A program made the translations under genes and the position numbers. Below, piece after piece: positions 48,903-58,338 of a DNA stretch of 64,000 bases (the first letter of the stretch is position 1; every line of letters begins with the position of its first letter). The stretch spans positions 38,574 to 102,573 of the forward strand of contig NHEF01000021.1 of NCBI GenBank assembly GCA_002171615.1, given 5' to 3'. Below the pieces are notes generated by a model. It did not search any database, was not told the DNA's origin, and saw only the letters and a list, made by a program, of their open reading frames with translations. The stretch comes from Gammaproteobacteria bacterium TMED78 (GTDB lineage Bacteria > Pseudomonadota > Gammaproteobacteria > Steroidobacterales > Rariloculaceae).

Positions 48903-49953
48903 ATATATTATAAGCAACATTCTAAAAGGTGTTTTTGCTGTTACGTTAGTTTTGATATCAATTTCAAGCCTAATGGATTTTCTTTATCAATTAAATCAAA
49001 TTGGAAATGGTAGTTATTTTATACTCGATGCTATTACATATATTTGTTTAGGCATACCCAGATTAATCGTTCAGACACTACCTGTTGCAGCTTTAATTGG
49101 GGCATTACTGAGCCTAGGAAGTCTATCTCAAAATCATGAACTTATTGTAATTAGATCCTCTGGGGTATCCACTATGAGATTAGTAAAATCAGTTTCATTG
49201 GCAGGATTGATTCTTTTCTTAATTATGATGATCCTAAGTCAATCTATAGCGCCTTCATTCGGTTCGTATGCTCAACAATATAGAACACAAAAACTAAATA
49301 ATACAATTGAGATACCCAACCTCAGTACTATCTGGTTAAAAGACGGGAACAATATAATCAATCTGAAAAAATCAGATAATAATTCTAATTTTAATGGCAT
49401 CTATATATTCGAAACTGATGGCTATAAAAATATAAATAAATTGAGCAAATCTGAAACTGGAAGGATAGATGAAAACAATAATTGGATATTAACAAATCAT
49501 GAAGAAACAATTTTTCAAGAGAATAAAACTACTTCTAACTCAGAAATTCAAATAATTAAAAAATATAGCTTAAGTCCTGAAATTTTAGGCCTATCTGAGG
49601 TTCAGCATGATTTTTTAAATAATCAAAATCTTAGTAGATATATTCAATACTTAGAAGAAAATGAATTAGATTCAAAAAGGTACCATATTGCATTTTGGTC
49701 AAGGATAGCAGATAGCACTTCAGTCTTATTAATGACAATACTTGCATTGCCATTCGTAGTTGGATCACTCAGGTCAGCAAGCATCGGAAGAAAACTAATT
49801 ACTGGGTTATTAATAGGTTTAGCTTATTATATTTCTGCGGAAGCTTTCATCAATAGTGGTGAAGTGTACAACATAAATGCCTTTATTGTTGCATGGACTC
49901 CAACTTCGTTACTTTTAATATTAAACTTTTTTCTTTTACTTCGTATCAAGTAA
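48886..49953 (+). CDS. lptG: LPS export ABC permease LptG
   Basis: N-terminus MSIIDKYIISNILKG... is typical of YjgP/YjgQ proteins. I prefer the ATG at 48886 (17-nt overlap with lptF) over the ORF-track start at 48814. Confidence 0.88.
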   Translation: MSIIDKYIISNILKGVFAVTLVLISISSLMDFLYQLNQIGNGSYFILDAITYICLGIPRLIVQTLPVAALIGALLSLGSLSQNHELIVIRSSGVSTMRLVKSVSLAGLILFLIMMILSQSIAPSFGSYAQQYRTQKLNNTIEIPNLSTIWLKDGNNIINLKKSDNNSNFNGIYIFETDGYKNINKLSKSETGRIDENNNWILTNHEETIFQENKTTSNSEIQIIKKYSLSPEILGLSEVQHDFLNNQNLSRYIQYLEENELDSKRYHIAFWSRIADSTSVLLMTILALPFVVGSLRSASIGRKLITGLLIGLAYYISAEAFINSGEVYNINAFIVAWTPTSLLLILNFFLLLRIK

Positions 49954-50382
49954 TTATTTATTAATATTTATTATCCTAGTCTCCGAAAATCTATCATTAA
50001 AAAATAGTCTTTCTTCGTCAAAAAAACTCCAAATAAAGCAAAAACCTGGCGGAAAAATAATAGAGAATGACAAAATATATCTTCTTATACAACAGATAAG
50101 ACCTATAGACTCTCTTTTACTACTTACAACTCTAATGCCCCATGCACGCATACCTAGAGTTTGTCCGCCATGTGTCCAAAACCAGATAAAGAAAGAGAAG
50201 TGTGAAGCAAAAATAAATAAGGTAAACCAAGTTGATGAATGCACTATCTCCTTACCATCTCTAAATATAATAATAGCTAAGGTCAATACCATTATTAAAG
50301 CCAATATAATGATAGAATCATAAATATTAGCAAGAATTCTCTTAAAAAATCCCGCCTGTAAAATATTTATACTCCCCTTCAT
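49954..50382 (-). CDS. RDD family membrane protein
   Basis: 142 aa; RILANIYDSII ... GGQTLGMRAWGIRVV pattern with three TM segments. Confidence 0.75.
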   Translation of the reverse strand: MKGSINILQAGFFKRILANIYDSIIILALIMVLTLAIIIFRDGKEIVHSSTWFTLFIFASHFSFFIWFWTHGGQTLGMRAWGIRVVSSKRESIGLICCIRRYILSFSIIFPPGFCFIWSFFDEERLFFNDRFSETRIININK

Positions 50383-50439
50383 TTAATAAATGCTATATTA
50401 AAAATACTAAGAAGTCAGATAATTAGAGGAAGAGATATC

Positions 50440-50625
50440 TTGAAATCACTTTTCAAACTAGCTTCGTTACCTTTAGCAATATTAATTGGCCTATTCTTTG
50501 GAATATTATCGGGAGCTTTTTTTGGTTATCCCAATATGGGTGCGGCAGTGGGACTAGCGCTTGGCATATCAGCCGCTATAGCAATAGGATCATTTTACCT
50601 TATCTCGTTTTTTGATGATCATTGA
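50440..50625 (+). CDS. hypothetical small membrane protein
   Basis: 61 aa with two Gly/Ala-rich hydrophobic segments; TTG start; no family recognised. Confidence 0.4.
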   Translation: MKSLFKLASLPLAILIGLFFGILSGAFFGYPNMGAAVGLALGISAAIAIGSFYLISFFDDH

Positions 50626-50878
50626 AATGCTTAATGAAGAAAAATGGTATGTTTATATAATTACTTGTAATGATCAATCTTTATATACCGGCATTACCAA
50701 GAGTATAAAAAAAAGATTAGAAAAGCACGCTTGCGGAAAAGGAGCAAAATATACGAAAGGAAGATTACCTGTGAAGCTAGTTTACAAAGAGATACATAGC
50801 TCTCACTCTAAAGCTGCTAGTAGAGAGTTTGAAATAAAATCGATGACTAGAGCTAAAAAAATAAAATTATTTTCATAG
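50612..50878 (+). CDS. GIY-YIG nuclease superfamily protein (UPF0213/YhbQ-like)
   Basis: 88 aa; WYVYIITCNDQSLYTGITKSIKKRLEKH...GAKYTK... matches the GIY-YIG pattern. Confidence 0.8.
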   Translation: MMIIEMLNEEKWYVYIITCNDQSLYTGITKSIKKRLEKHACGKGAKYTKGRLPVKLVYKEIHSSHSKAASREFEIKSMTRAKKIKLFS

Positions 50879-50882
50879 AAAC

Positions 50883-50957
50883 TGGCGCTCCCTAGGGGAA
50901 TTGAACCCCTGTTTCCGCCTTGAGAGGGCGGCGTCCTAACCGCTAGACGAAGGGAGC
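50883..50957 (-). tRNA. tRNA-Glu, anticodon CUC, CCA encoded
   Basis: The minus strand reads GCTCCCT-TC-GTCT-AGCGGTTA-GGAC-G-CCGCC-CTCTCAA-GGCGG-AAAC-AGGGG-TTCAATT-CCCCT-AGGGAGC-G-CCA. The cloverleaf folds cleanly and closely parallels E. coli tRNA-Glu except for C34. Confidence 0.9.
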
Positions 50958-50975
50958 AAAATTAGATATAGAGCT

Positions 50976-51257
50976 CTATTCAATAAAAAATCCTTCTTTT
51001 ACTTTATCATTCCATTTATTAATACTTATAGATAAAACTTTAGAGTCTTTTGACCCTTCCCATAAAAGAGCTAAAATTTTATCGACTGATTGATGTTCGC
51101 CAGCAACAACAATTTCTACACTTCCATTTTTCAAATTTTTTGCCCAACCATCAATTTGCAAACTTAAGGCATAGTCTCTAATTGTTGCTCTATAGTAAAC
51201 ACCTTGGACTTTCCCAAAAACATGACAAAGTAAACTAGCTTTATTATTTGAGCCCAA
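50976..51257 (-). CDS. acylphosphatase
   Basis: 93 aa; signature VFGKVQGVYYRATIRDYA...GWAKNLKNGSVEIVVAG. Confidence 0.85.
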   Translation of the reverse strand: MGSNNKASLLCHVFGKVQGVYYRATIRDYALSLQIDGWAKNLKNGSVEIVVAGEHQSVDKILALLWEGSKDSKVLSISINKWNDKVKEGFFIE

Positions 51258-51265
51258 TAACGATA

Positions 51266-51568
51266 CTATCTATTTAAATCTTCTTGATTGGATATAGAGA
51301 TTGCCATTTCTAAAATATCGGAGGCAGCTTCCTTAGCAGTAATAGCAAGAGACCTAGCTTCATCATATCTTCCGCTTCTCAAATGATTCTCTGCCTCTAT
51401 TAATAAATTTCTCGCCGCTGACAAGCTAATGCGACTATTGGTTGGCAGGTGGCTTAGCTTTTGGTCTGCTACTGATATAGCCTGACGAGCATCACTCATT
51501 TCCTGAATTGGAGGCGCTGTAATACAGCTAGAAATAAAGAAAATAATAAAAAAATAAAAAAATTTCAT
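51266..51568 (-). CDS. small helical lipoprotein (DUF4398-like)
   Basis: 100 aa; lipobox FISSC; helical region with ARQAISVADQKL...LIEAENHLRSGRYDEARSLA. Confidence 0.55.
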   Translation of the reverse strand: MKFFYFFIIFFISSCITAPPIQEMSDARQAISVADQKLSHLPTNSRISLSAARNLLIEAENHLRSGRYDEARSLAITAKEAASDILEMAISISNQEDLNR

Positions 51569-51690
51569 TTGATAAAATATAAAGCCTAATTAATTAAAAC
51601 ACCAAGCACTATGATAGATACTAACTTTTCCTTTTAAAAAAAAGGAATAAAGTCTAAAATTAAATTATAAAAACAAATACTTACTATACA

Positions 51691-52275
51691 TTGAAAAAGA
51701 TTTTAGTTCTATATTATAGCCGAAAAGGAAGCACCAATGCACTTGCTAATCATGCTGCTAGAGGTGTTGAGTCTGTTGGGCTAGAGGCAGTCATGAGATC
51801 CCTACCTTCTATCGCCTCAGATAATAATAGTAAATCAATAGAAGACAATCCATCTAAAGGTGCTCCATTTGCCTCTTTAAATGATCTTAAAAATTGCGAT
51901 GGCCTATTACTTGGAAGCCCCACAAGGTTTGGAAACATGGCAGCGCCAGTTAAGTTTTTTTTAGATCAAACATCATCTATTTGGCTAGAAGGATCTCTAA
52001 TTGATAAGCCATTCGGTCTATTCACTTCCTCTAACTCCATGCATGCAGGGCAGGAAACTACACTCTTAACAATGGCAATACCCTTAATTCATCATGGAAT
52101 GATATGGGTGGGGCTACCATACACAGAAAAGGCATTAAAAGAAACAAAAACAGGAGGCTCTCCTTATGGCGCCTCACATGTTGCCCTAGATTGGAATAAA
52201 TCATTATCAGAGGATGAAAAAAGCCTTGCTTTTATTTTAGGAAAAAGAGTTGCTGGATTGGCACTAAAGCTTTAA
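51691..52275 (+). CDS. wrbA: NAD(P)H:quinone oxidoreductase WrbA (flavodoxin-like)
   Basis: 194 aa; KILVLYYSRKGST, GSPTRFGNMAAPVKFFLDQT and GGSPYGASH align with E. coli WrbA; TTG start. Confidence 0.88.
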   Translation: MKKILVLYYSRKGSTNALANHAARGVESVGLEAVMRSLPSIASDNNSKSIEDNPSKGAPFASLNDLKNCDGLLLGSPTRFGNMAAPVKFFLDQTSSIWLEGSLIDKPFGLFTSSNSMHAGQETTLLTMAIPLIHHGMIWVGLPYTEKALKETKTGGSPYGASHVALDWNKSLSEDEKSLAFILGKRVAGLALKL

Positions 52276-52965
52276 TTAAATTTGCTTATCAAATAAAACA
52301 CTCTTAACAAAAGGTATAGTTAGTTTCTTTTTTTCCGTTAATGAAGCTAAATCAAGTTTATCTAAACAGCTAGAAATATCAGACATATCTCTTTTGATAT
52401 AATTAAGTAAATACTGAGCTGTTCTCTCCGTTAATTCCATCCCTCTATCTTGTGCTTGTCTGACTAACACTTCTTTTATCAAACTATCCTCTAAGGGCTT
52501 AACATGAAAAATAGATGCTCCTAATACTCTTGACCTTAAATCAGGCAAAGAATAACTAATGCTTATGGGCGGACATGATGATGAAGCTAATAGACTTGCC
52601 TCATTACTTTCAAGTTCATTATATAAATTAAAAAGCATATTATCCCAAGATGATTGATTAATAACTAAGTCAATATCATCAATAACAAGAAGATCAATTT
52701 TTGACAATCCTTCTAAGATTCTCGGCCCTTCTTCTTTATAAAGCTTTAGAGGTAAGTACATTGCTCTATAGTCCTTGTAGTAGGAACAAGTTGATTGTAG
52801 TAGATGTGATTTTCCAATCCTACTGCCTCCCCAAATCCAAATAAACTGAAATATGTCTTTCTCTAAATTCTTAAGATTATGAATAAGTAAGTTATTATTA
52901 GCTGAGATAAAATTATCAAAGTTATATTGTCGTGAAATCTTAAAAGGCAGGGTGATCTGTTTCAT
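52276..52965 (-). CDS. hda: DnaA regulatory inactivator Hda
   Basis: 229 aa; degenerate AAA+ motifs (IWGGSRIGKSHLL; LLVIDDID); located near purM as in other gammaproteobacteria. Confidence 0.82.
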   Translation of the reverse strand: MKQITLPFKISRQYNFDNFISANNNLLIHNLKNLEKDIFQFIWIWGGSRIGKSHLLQSTCSYYKDYRAMYLPLKLYKEEGPRILEGLSKIDLLVIDDIDLVINQSSWDNMLFNLYNELESNEASLLASSSCPPISISYSLPDLRSRVLGASIFHVKPLEDSLIKEVLVRQAQDRGMELTERTAQYLLNYIKRDMSDISSCLDKLDLASLTEKKKLTIPFVKSVLFDKQI

Positions 52966-53000
52966 CTATCTTACATTTATCTCTTTTACTTAAGAGTTCA

Positions 53001-54083
53001 TCATTTTTTTAACCTAAAAAACAAACCATCTATCCCAGAATTTTCAGTATTTTCATTACTTTTAACTAAGAAACTATCTAGACCTAATATATTATCTAAC
53101 AAATCTTGATCGCCTCTAGCCTTAACCTGCAAAATTAAACTTCCATTATTAACCTCAATAGGTTCTACTTCCTCCAGGAGGCTTAATGACTCAAAATGGC
53201 GAATTGTATTTGCATAATCATCTAAACTGTCTATCCCTAAGATAGTAACCTTTAAATCACTTACGTCACCCTCGATTTTAAACTCATTCGCATAATATAG
53301 AGATAGCTGATTCAAAGCGTATTCTAAAGTTCCATAGCCAAAATTTATCTTATTTCCTTGCCTGAGGATACTCCAATGAGCCTCTAATCTTCCATATTCT
53401 GATATATAGCCATTGGCATATAAAATATAATTGGCATAGTATCTATCAGAAGCATCTTCAATCTTAGAAACCCGTCCTTTTATAATATCATCAGGTATTA
53501 TAAATGAGATATCTTGAAGATCTAATAAAGGTAGAATAACAGGAAGCGCCATAATATTAGAAAAATATTTAATCTCGTCATATAGTTTTTGTTGAAAATT
53601 TTTAAAGTTATTCGTAATTGGTAAATCTGATGTTTTAGAAGATAAAATTCCTAATTCTCCCTCTCCAGTATCAATCGCAAGCCACAAAAGAGTTACCGGC
53701 CTCTCTTTTCCCCATCTTGGTATATTTAGAATAGCTAATTCTGACTCTAACAATCCATCATTAAATCCTATAGATAACTCATTCTCATTTAACCTAGGGC
53801 CACACAAGAAAACAAATCTTTCCGCTCCCTCAATTAACCTAACTAAGTCAGGATTAGCGAAGATATAATCACTATTAAATCCAGTAATCCTAGATAGCAA
53901 CTGAACCATGCCTTCTCCATAGGTACTCTGTTCCTCTTCAGAGCCTGTTCCGCATATGTCTAAACTCTGTTGAACGTTAATCGTATATAGATCTTCTATA
54001 ACAACGGCTGATATACTTGTAGAATGAAAATATAGAACAAAATATATGCAGAAGGAAAATTTATTCATTATAGATTTAAACAA
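53001..54083 (-). CDS. exported DUF2066-like protein
   Basis: 360 aa with a signal peptide. The position between hda and purM is where DUF2066 proteins sit in many gammaproteobacteria; the assignment rests on synteny and size. Confidence 0.6.
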   Translation of the reverse strand: MFKSIMNKFSFCIYFVLYFHSTSISAVVIEDLYTINVQQSLDICGTGSEEEQSTYGEGMVQLLSRITGFNSDYIFANPDLVRLIEGAERFVFLCGPRLNENELSIGFNDGLLESELAILNIPRWGKERPVTLLWLAIDTGEGELGILSSKTSDLPITNNFKNFQQKLYDEIKYFSNIMALPVILPLLDLQDISFIIPDDIIKGRVSKIEDASDRYYANYILYANGYISEYGRLEAHWSILRQGNKINFGYGTLEYALNQLSLYYANEFKIEGDVSDLKVTILGIDSLDDYANTIRHFESLSLLEEVEPIEVNNGSLILQVKARGDQDLLDNILGLDSFLVKSNENTENSGIDGLFFRLKK

Positions 54084-54162
54084 TTTATAAGTTCCGTTTC
54101 ATATATCAATTTAAACATTATACAGATATTGAGCAAATAAATTAATTAAGGAATATTGACTT

Positions 54163-55188
54163 ATGGCAGAAACAGATAATCTCACATACAAATCTTCAGG
54201 GGTAGACATAGAAGCAGGAAATAAGCTTGTTGAGCGCATTAAAGATATAGTTTCTAAGACTAAAAGAACAGGAGACTTAGGCTCTATAGGAGGCTTTGGG
54301 GGCTTATTCGAGCTAGATATCAATAAATATCCAAATCCAATACTTGTTTCTGGCACAGACGGTGTTGGCACGAAGGTAAAATTAGCTATTGAAAGCAATA
54401 CACATGATAAAATTGGTATAGATTTAGTAGCAATGTGTGTAAACGATGTTATAGCACAAGGTGCAGAGCCTCTATTTTTTCTTGACTATTTTTCAACAAA
54501 TAAGCTAAACATAGATGTTGCCTCGGAAGTTATTAAAGGAATATCTAAAGGCTGTAAACTGGCTGGAGCATCACTTATAGGAGGAGAAACAGCAGAACAT
54601 CCTGAAGATAAAATTAAAAATAAGATTGAATATGATCTTGCTGGATTCTGTGTTGGTGTATGCAATAAAGATAAGCTAATTAATGGATCAGATGTTCATA
54701 AGGATGATATTGTTATAGGTATTGCATCATCTGGAGTACATTCCAATGGATATTCACTTATCAGAAAATTAATTAAAAAAGAATGGGATGGGGTTTTAAA
54801 AGATAAAGAAATAGTAAGTAAACTACTTACACCAACAAGAATTTATGCTAAATCAATACTTAATCTAATATCAAAATATAAAATTAAAGGCATAGCTCAC
54901 ATCACAGGAGGTGGTCTAATAGAAAATATTCCTAGAATACTTCCAAATGGCTTAGGTATTTCGCTCATAAAAAATTCATGGGAAGAGCCTGATATTTTTG
55001 AATGGATAAGAAATTCTGGAGTCAGCCAAGCAGAAATGTATAAAACATTTAACTGCGGTATTGGAATGATAGTAATTATAGATAAAAATGATAAAGACGG
55101 GGTTCTCTCCTCTTTAAATGATAATGAGACTGCATGGGAAATAGGAAAAGTCACAAAAGACGATACTAAGCAGGTAATTATAATTTGA
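54163..55188 (+). CDS. purM: phosphoribosylformylglycinamidine cyclo-ligase
   Basis: 341 aa; YKSSGVDIEAGN, GTDGVGTKVKLA and DLVAMCVNDV motifs. Confidence 0.97.
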   Translation: MAETDNLTYKSSGVDIEAGNKLVERIKDIVSKTKRTGDLGSIGGFGGLFELDINKYPNPILVSGTDGVGTKVKLAIESNTHDKIGIDLVAMCVNDVIAQGAEPLFFLDYFSTNKLNIDVASEVIKGISKGCKLAGASLIGGETAEHPEDKIKNKIEYDLAGFCVGVCNKDKLINGSDVHKDDIVIGIASSGVHSNGYSLIRKLIKKEWDGVLKDKEIVSKLLTPTRIYAKSILNLISKYKIKGIAHITGGGLIENIPRILPNGLGISLIKNSWEEPDIFEWIRNSGVSQAEMYKTFNCGIGMIVIIDKNDKDGVLSSLNDNETAWEIGKVTKDDTKQVIII

Positions 55189-55844
55189 ACTACCTAAAAA
55201 AACTTAAACTTATTGTAATGATTTCTGGAGAGGGAACTAATCTTCAAGCACTGATCAATGCTCAAATAGAAAAAAAAATAAATACAGAAATACTAGCTGT
55301 TATAAGTGATAACGAACATGCTACCGGCCTCAACAGGGCCAAGAAAGCTAATATTCCTTGTATTTACTTAAATAGAGACTTATTCAGTAGTAAAGAAGAA
55401 TTTGAAACAGAGATATCAAAGAATATCATTGAGCTTGATCCTGATTTAATTATTTTAGCTGGATTTATGAGAGTTCTAGGTAAAAACTTTATAAATAAAT
55501 TAAAAGGAAAAATTATAAATATACATCCATCTTTATTACCCGCATTGAAGGGATTGAATACTCATGAAAGAGCTATTGATTCAGGAAATTTTTTTCATGG
55601 GGCTTCTGTACACTTTGTTATAGCAGAGTTAGATAGTGGACCAAGCATCATGCAATATAAAATTGCTATTAAAAAAGATGATAATAAGAGAACTCTTAAG
55701 AATAGAGTACATAAGGGTGAGTACTTAATTCTTGTTGAAACAGTTAAATTATTTACAATGAAAAACTTAAAATTAGATAATAACTCTATTATAATTAACG
55801 GTGAAATAATGAAAAATCCTATTTTATATGAAGAAGATTTCTAA
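55185..55844 (+). CDS. purN: phosphoribosylglycinamide formyltransferase
   Basis: 219 aa; ISGEGTNLQALI and NIHPSLLP motifs; TTG start overlapping the purM stop. Confidence 0.93.
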   Translation: MNYLKKLKLIVMISGEGTNLQALINAQIEKKINTEILAVISDNEHATGLNRAKKANIPCIYLNRDLFSSKEEFETEISKNIIELDPDLIILAGFMRVLGKNFINKLKGKIINIHPSLLPALKGLNTHERAIDSGNFFHGASVHFVIAELDSGPSIMQYKIAIKKDDNKRTLKNRVHKGEYLILVETVKLFTMKNLKLDNNSIIINGEIMKNPILYEEDF

Positions 55845-56571
55845 CAAAGCTCTCAAAATACTCATAACTGCTATATCAATATTTAATTTTCAATATTTGT
55901 ATTCTCAGCAAGATGCTACTCTAAGTATTCCAACATATGATGCCATATATAGCTTCAATTTTAGAGGACAGAAAGTTGGAAGAGCGGAGATATCATTAAC
56001 CTATGATGCTTCAGAAGAAGTTTATGTTTTATCACAACTCTCTCAGGCAGAGGGTCTAGCAAAATTATTTTATCCAAATATTATTTCTGAAAAAAGTACT
56101 TTTATTTTTATAAATGGTGAACTTTATCCTCAAATTTTCTCTTATGAGGATAGTAAAAATTCTGATGATGATTTTAGTATTCAATATAATTTGCCAAATA
56201 GAACAGCAGTATTATCAAATAGCTTAGGAGTCAAGGAATTTAAATTAGAAAATAATACTTTTGATAGGGTTAGCGTTAGAGCAAAATTAATGATGGATAT
56301 GATAGAAGGTATAGAAATAAATAGCTACGAACTGCTAGCAAGAGATGGTTTAGCAATTAATACTTTTGAAAAGCTAGATCAAAGAAATATCAATACGGAT
56401 CTTGGTAACTTTGAATCAACACTTTATGTACAAAATACAGGGAGCCTTTCAAGGGCATTAAATATATGGGTATCTCCTAATGATAGCTACTTACCTATAA
56501 AAATAGAGCAGGTTGTTGATGGTGAAATACAAACCTCTTTACTGCTAGAATCATTAGATTGGTTGAATTAA
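55828..56571 (+). CDS. exported DUF3108-like protein
   Basis: 247 aa with a signal peptide. The position directly after purN is that of DUF3108 proteins in gammaproteobacteria; assigned by synteny and size. Confidence 0.6.
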   Translation: MKKISNKALKILITAISIFNFQYLYSQQDATLSIPTYDAIYSFNFRGQKVGRAEISLTYDASEEVYVLSQLSQAEGLAKLFYPNIISEKSTFIFINGELYPQIFSYEDSKNSDDDFSIQYNLPNRTAVLSNSLGVKEFKLENNTFDRVSVRAKLMMDMIEGIEINSYELLARDGLAINTFEKLDQRNINTDLGNFESTLYVQNTGSLSRALNIWVSPNDSYLPIKIEQVVDGEIQTSLLLESLDWLN

Positions 56572-57134
56572 GCCTTAGGTAGTGTTACTCCAATTTGTCC
56601 TTGGTATTTGCCGCCTCTATCTAAATAACTAACCTCACAGACTTCGTCTGACTCAAAAAAAAGCATCTGAGCTACTCCTTCCTTAGCATAAATTTTTGCA
56701 GGGAGAGGAGTTGTGTTAGAAAATTCTAGAGTAACATGGCCCTCCCATTCAGGCTCAAGAGGGGTAACGTTCACTATAATTCCACATCTAGCGTAAGTAG
56801 ATTTTCCAAGACAAATAGTTAGGACATTTCTAGGTATTCGAAAATACTCAACTGTCCTTGCTAAGGCAAATGAATTAGGTGGAATAACACATATATCAGA
56901 ATGCTTATCAACAAAACTTGACTCGTCAAATTCTTTTGGATCAACAATAGCTCCATTAATATTTGTAAATACCTTAAAATCAGCGGAACATCGAACATCA
57001 TATCCATAACTAGACGTTCCATATGATATAACTTTCTTACCTTTAATTTCTTTTATCTGATTTGGCTCAAAAGGCTCTATCATTTTATACTTCTCTGACA
57101 TAGACCTAATCCACTTATCTGACTTAATACTCAT
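56568..57134 (-). CDS. dcd: dCTP deaminase
   Basis: 188 aa; [10 protein letters not shown]-terminus, SSYGYDVR and [13 protein letters not shown] motifs. Confidence 0.95.
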   Translation of the reverse strand: MSIKSDKWIRSMSEKYKMIEPFEPNQIKEIKGKKVISYGTSSYGYDVRCSADFKVFTNINGAIVDPKEFDESSFVDKHSDICVIPPNSFALARTVEYFRIPRNVLTICLGKSTYARCGIIVNVTPLEPEWEGHVTLEFSNTTPLPAKIYAKEGVAQMLFFESDEVCEVSYLDRGGKYQGQIGVTLPKA

Positions 57135-57136
57135 AA

Positions 57137-58243
57137 TTAATTTTCCACTACTATTTCAGGAAATACTTGAGCATAGCTCCTTCCTTCTGAGGCTAAGGTG
57201 CACGAGGCAGCTAAAGCTGCTTGGCGATAAAGACATGATAAATCATCTTCTGAATCCGATATTACACTCGGCTTTCCAGTATCAGCTTTTATGGCTATAG
57301 ATTTATTTAAAGGAAAGGATGCTAATAATGGCACATCATATTCTTTTGACAAAGTTTCACCACCATCAGAGCCAAAAATTTGTTCCTCATGACCACAAGA
57401 ACTACAGGAATATTTACTCATATTTTCAATAACTCCAAGTATGGGTACATTAACCTTCCTAAACATCTCAAGTCCTTTTCTCGCATCAGATACTGAAACT
57501 TTTTGCGGTGTAGTAACTATAATTGCCCCACTTACTGGCACCCTCTGTGAAAGTGTAAGCTGAATATCGCCTGTTCCTGGAGGCATGTCTACTAAAAGAT
57601 AATCTAATTCTCCCCATTCTGTTGAGGTTAATAACTGATTAAGAGCAGAAGTAACCATAGGCCCCCTCCAAACCATTGGCTGTGAATCCTTAATCAAGAA
57701 TCCTATTGACATTACTTTAATGCCATAAGCTTCTAGCGGCTTGAAAGTCTTACCATCTTTACTAACTGGCCTACTCCCTGTAAGACCAAACATAATCGGT
57801 TGGCTTGGTCCATAGATATCAGCATCCAAAATACCTACTTTAGCCCCTTCTTGGCTCAATGCTAAACAAAGATTTGTTGCTATTGTTGACTTTCCAACAC
57901 CACCCTTTCCAGAGGCAATAGCGATAATATTGCTTATCCCAGAAAGTGGTTTGAGCCCACTTTGAACAGAATGAGGCCTAATTACCTGCTCAAAAATAAA
58001 CTTAATATTTGAAAAAAAGTTTAGCGATTCGCAGTAACTTGATAAAGCAGCCTTGATCTCATCAGAATGTCTATTTATCGGAAATCCCCATTCAATCTTA
58101 ACTTCTATACTTTTATTAACATCTGATATGGTAAAGGGTGCCGCTTCATCTCCTAACTTGGCACTCCCATAGGGTATAGTAAAATTTCTGATATGTTTAT
58201 CTAGTATTTCAATATCATTTGTTTTCATAAAATATACTCTCAT
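57137..58243 (-). CDS. apbC: Fe-S cluster carrier ATPase ApbC/Mrp
   Basis: 368 aa; deviant Walker [12 protein letters not shown] and the CSSCGHE CxxC motif; divergent from metG as in E. coli. Confidence 0.9.
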   Translation of the reverse strand: MRVYFMKTNDIEILDKHIRNFTIPYGSAKLGDEAAPFTISDVNKSIEVKIEWGFPINRHSDEIKAALSSYCESLNFFSNIKFIFEQVIRPHSVQSGLKPLSGISNIIAIASGKGGVGKSTIATNLCLALSQEGAKVGILDADIYGPSQPIMFGLTGSRPVSKDGKTFKPLEAYGIKVMSIGFLIKDSQPMVWRGPMVTSALNQLLTSTEWGELDYLLVDMPPGTGDIQLTLSQRVPVSGAIIVTTPQKVSVSDARKGLEMFRKVNVPILGVIENMSKYSCSSCGHEEQIFGSDGGETLSKEYDVPLLASFPLNKSIAIKADTGKPSVISDSEDDLSCLYRQAALAASCTLASEGRSYAQVFPEIVVEN

Positions 58244-58338
58244 TTATTAATAAGCAAAAAATCTAAACTAATGGCATAATTCTAATAATTATTTGTGACT
58301 CTTGATAGTAGAATATTAATTATCTATAGGTAAATAAC

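Noticed and set aside
50440-50957. GIY-YIG nuclease gene next to a tRNA gene as a possible integration hotspot or mobile element
   Set aside because: There is no integrase, no direct repeat of the tRNA 3' end and no cargo genes. The 88-aa protein matches the housekeeping UPF0213/YhbQ type.
54111-54398. 95-aa minus-strand ORF overlapping the purM start
   Set aside because: It is antisense to the well-conserved purM N-terminus, and the Pro/Ser-rich translation is typical of an antisense frame.
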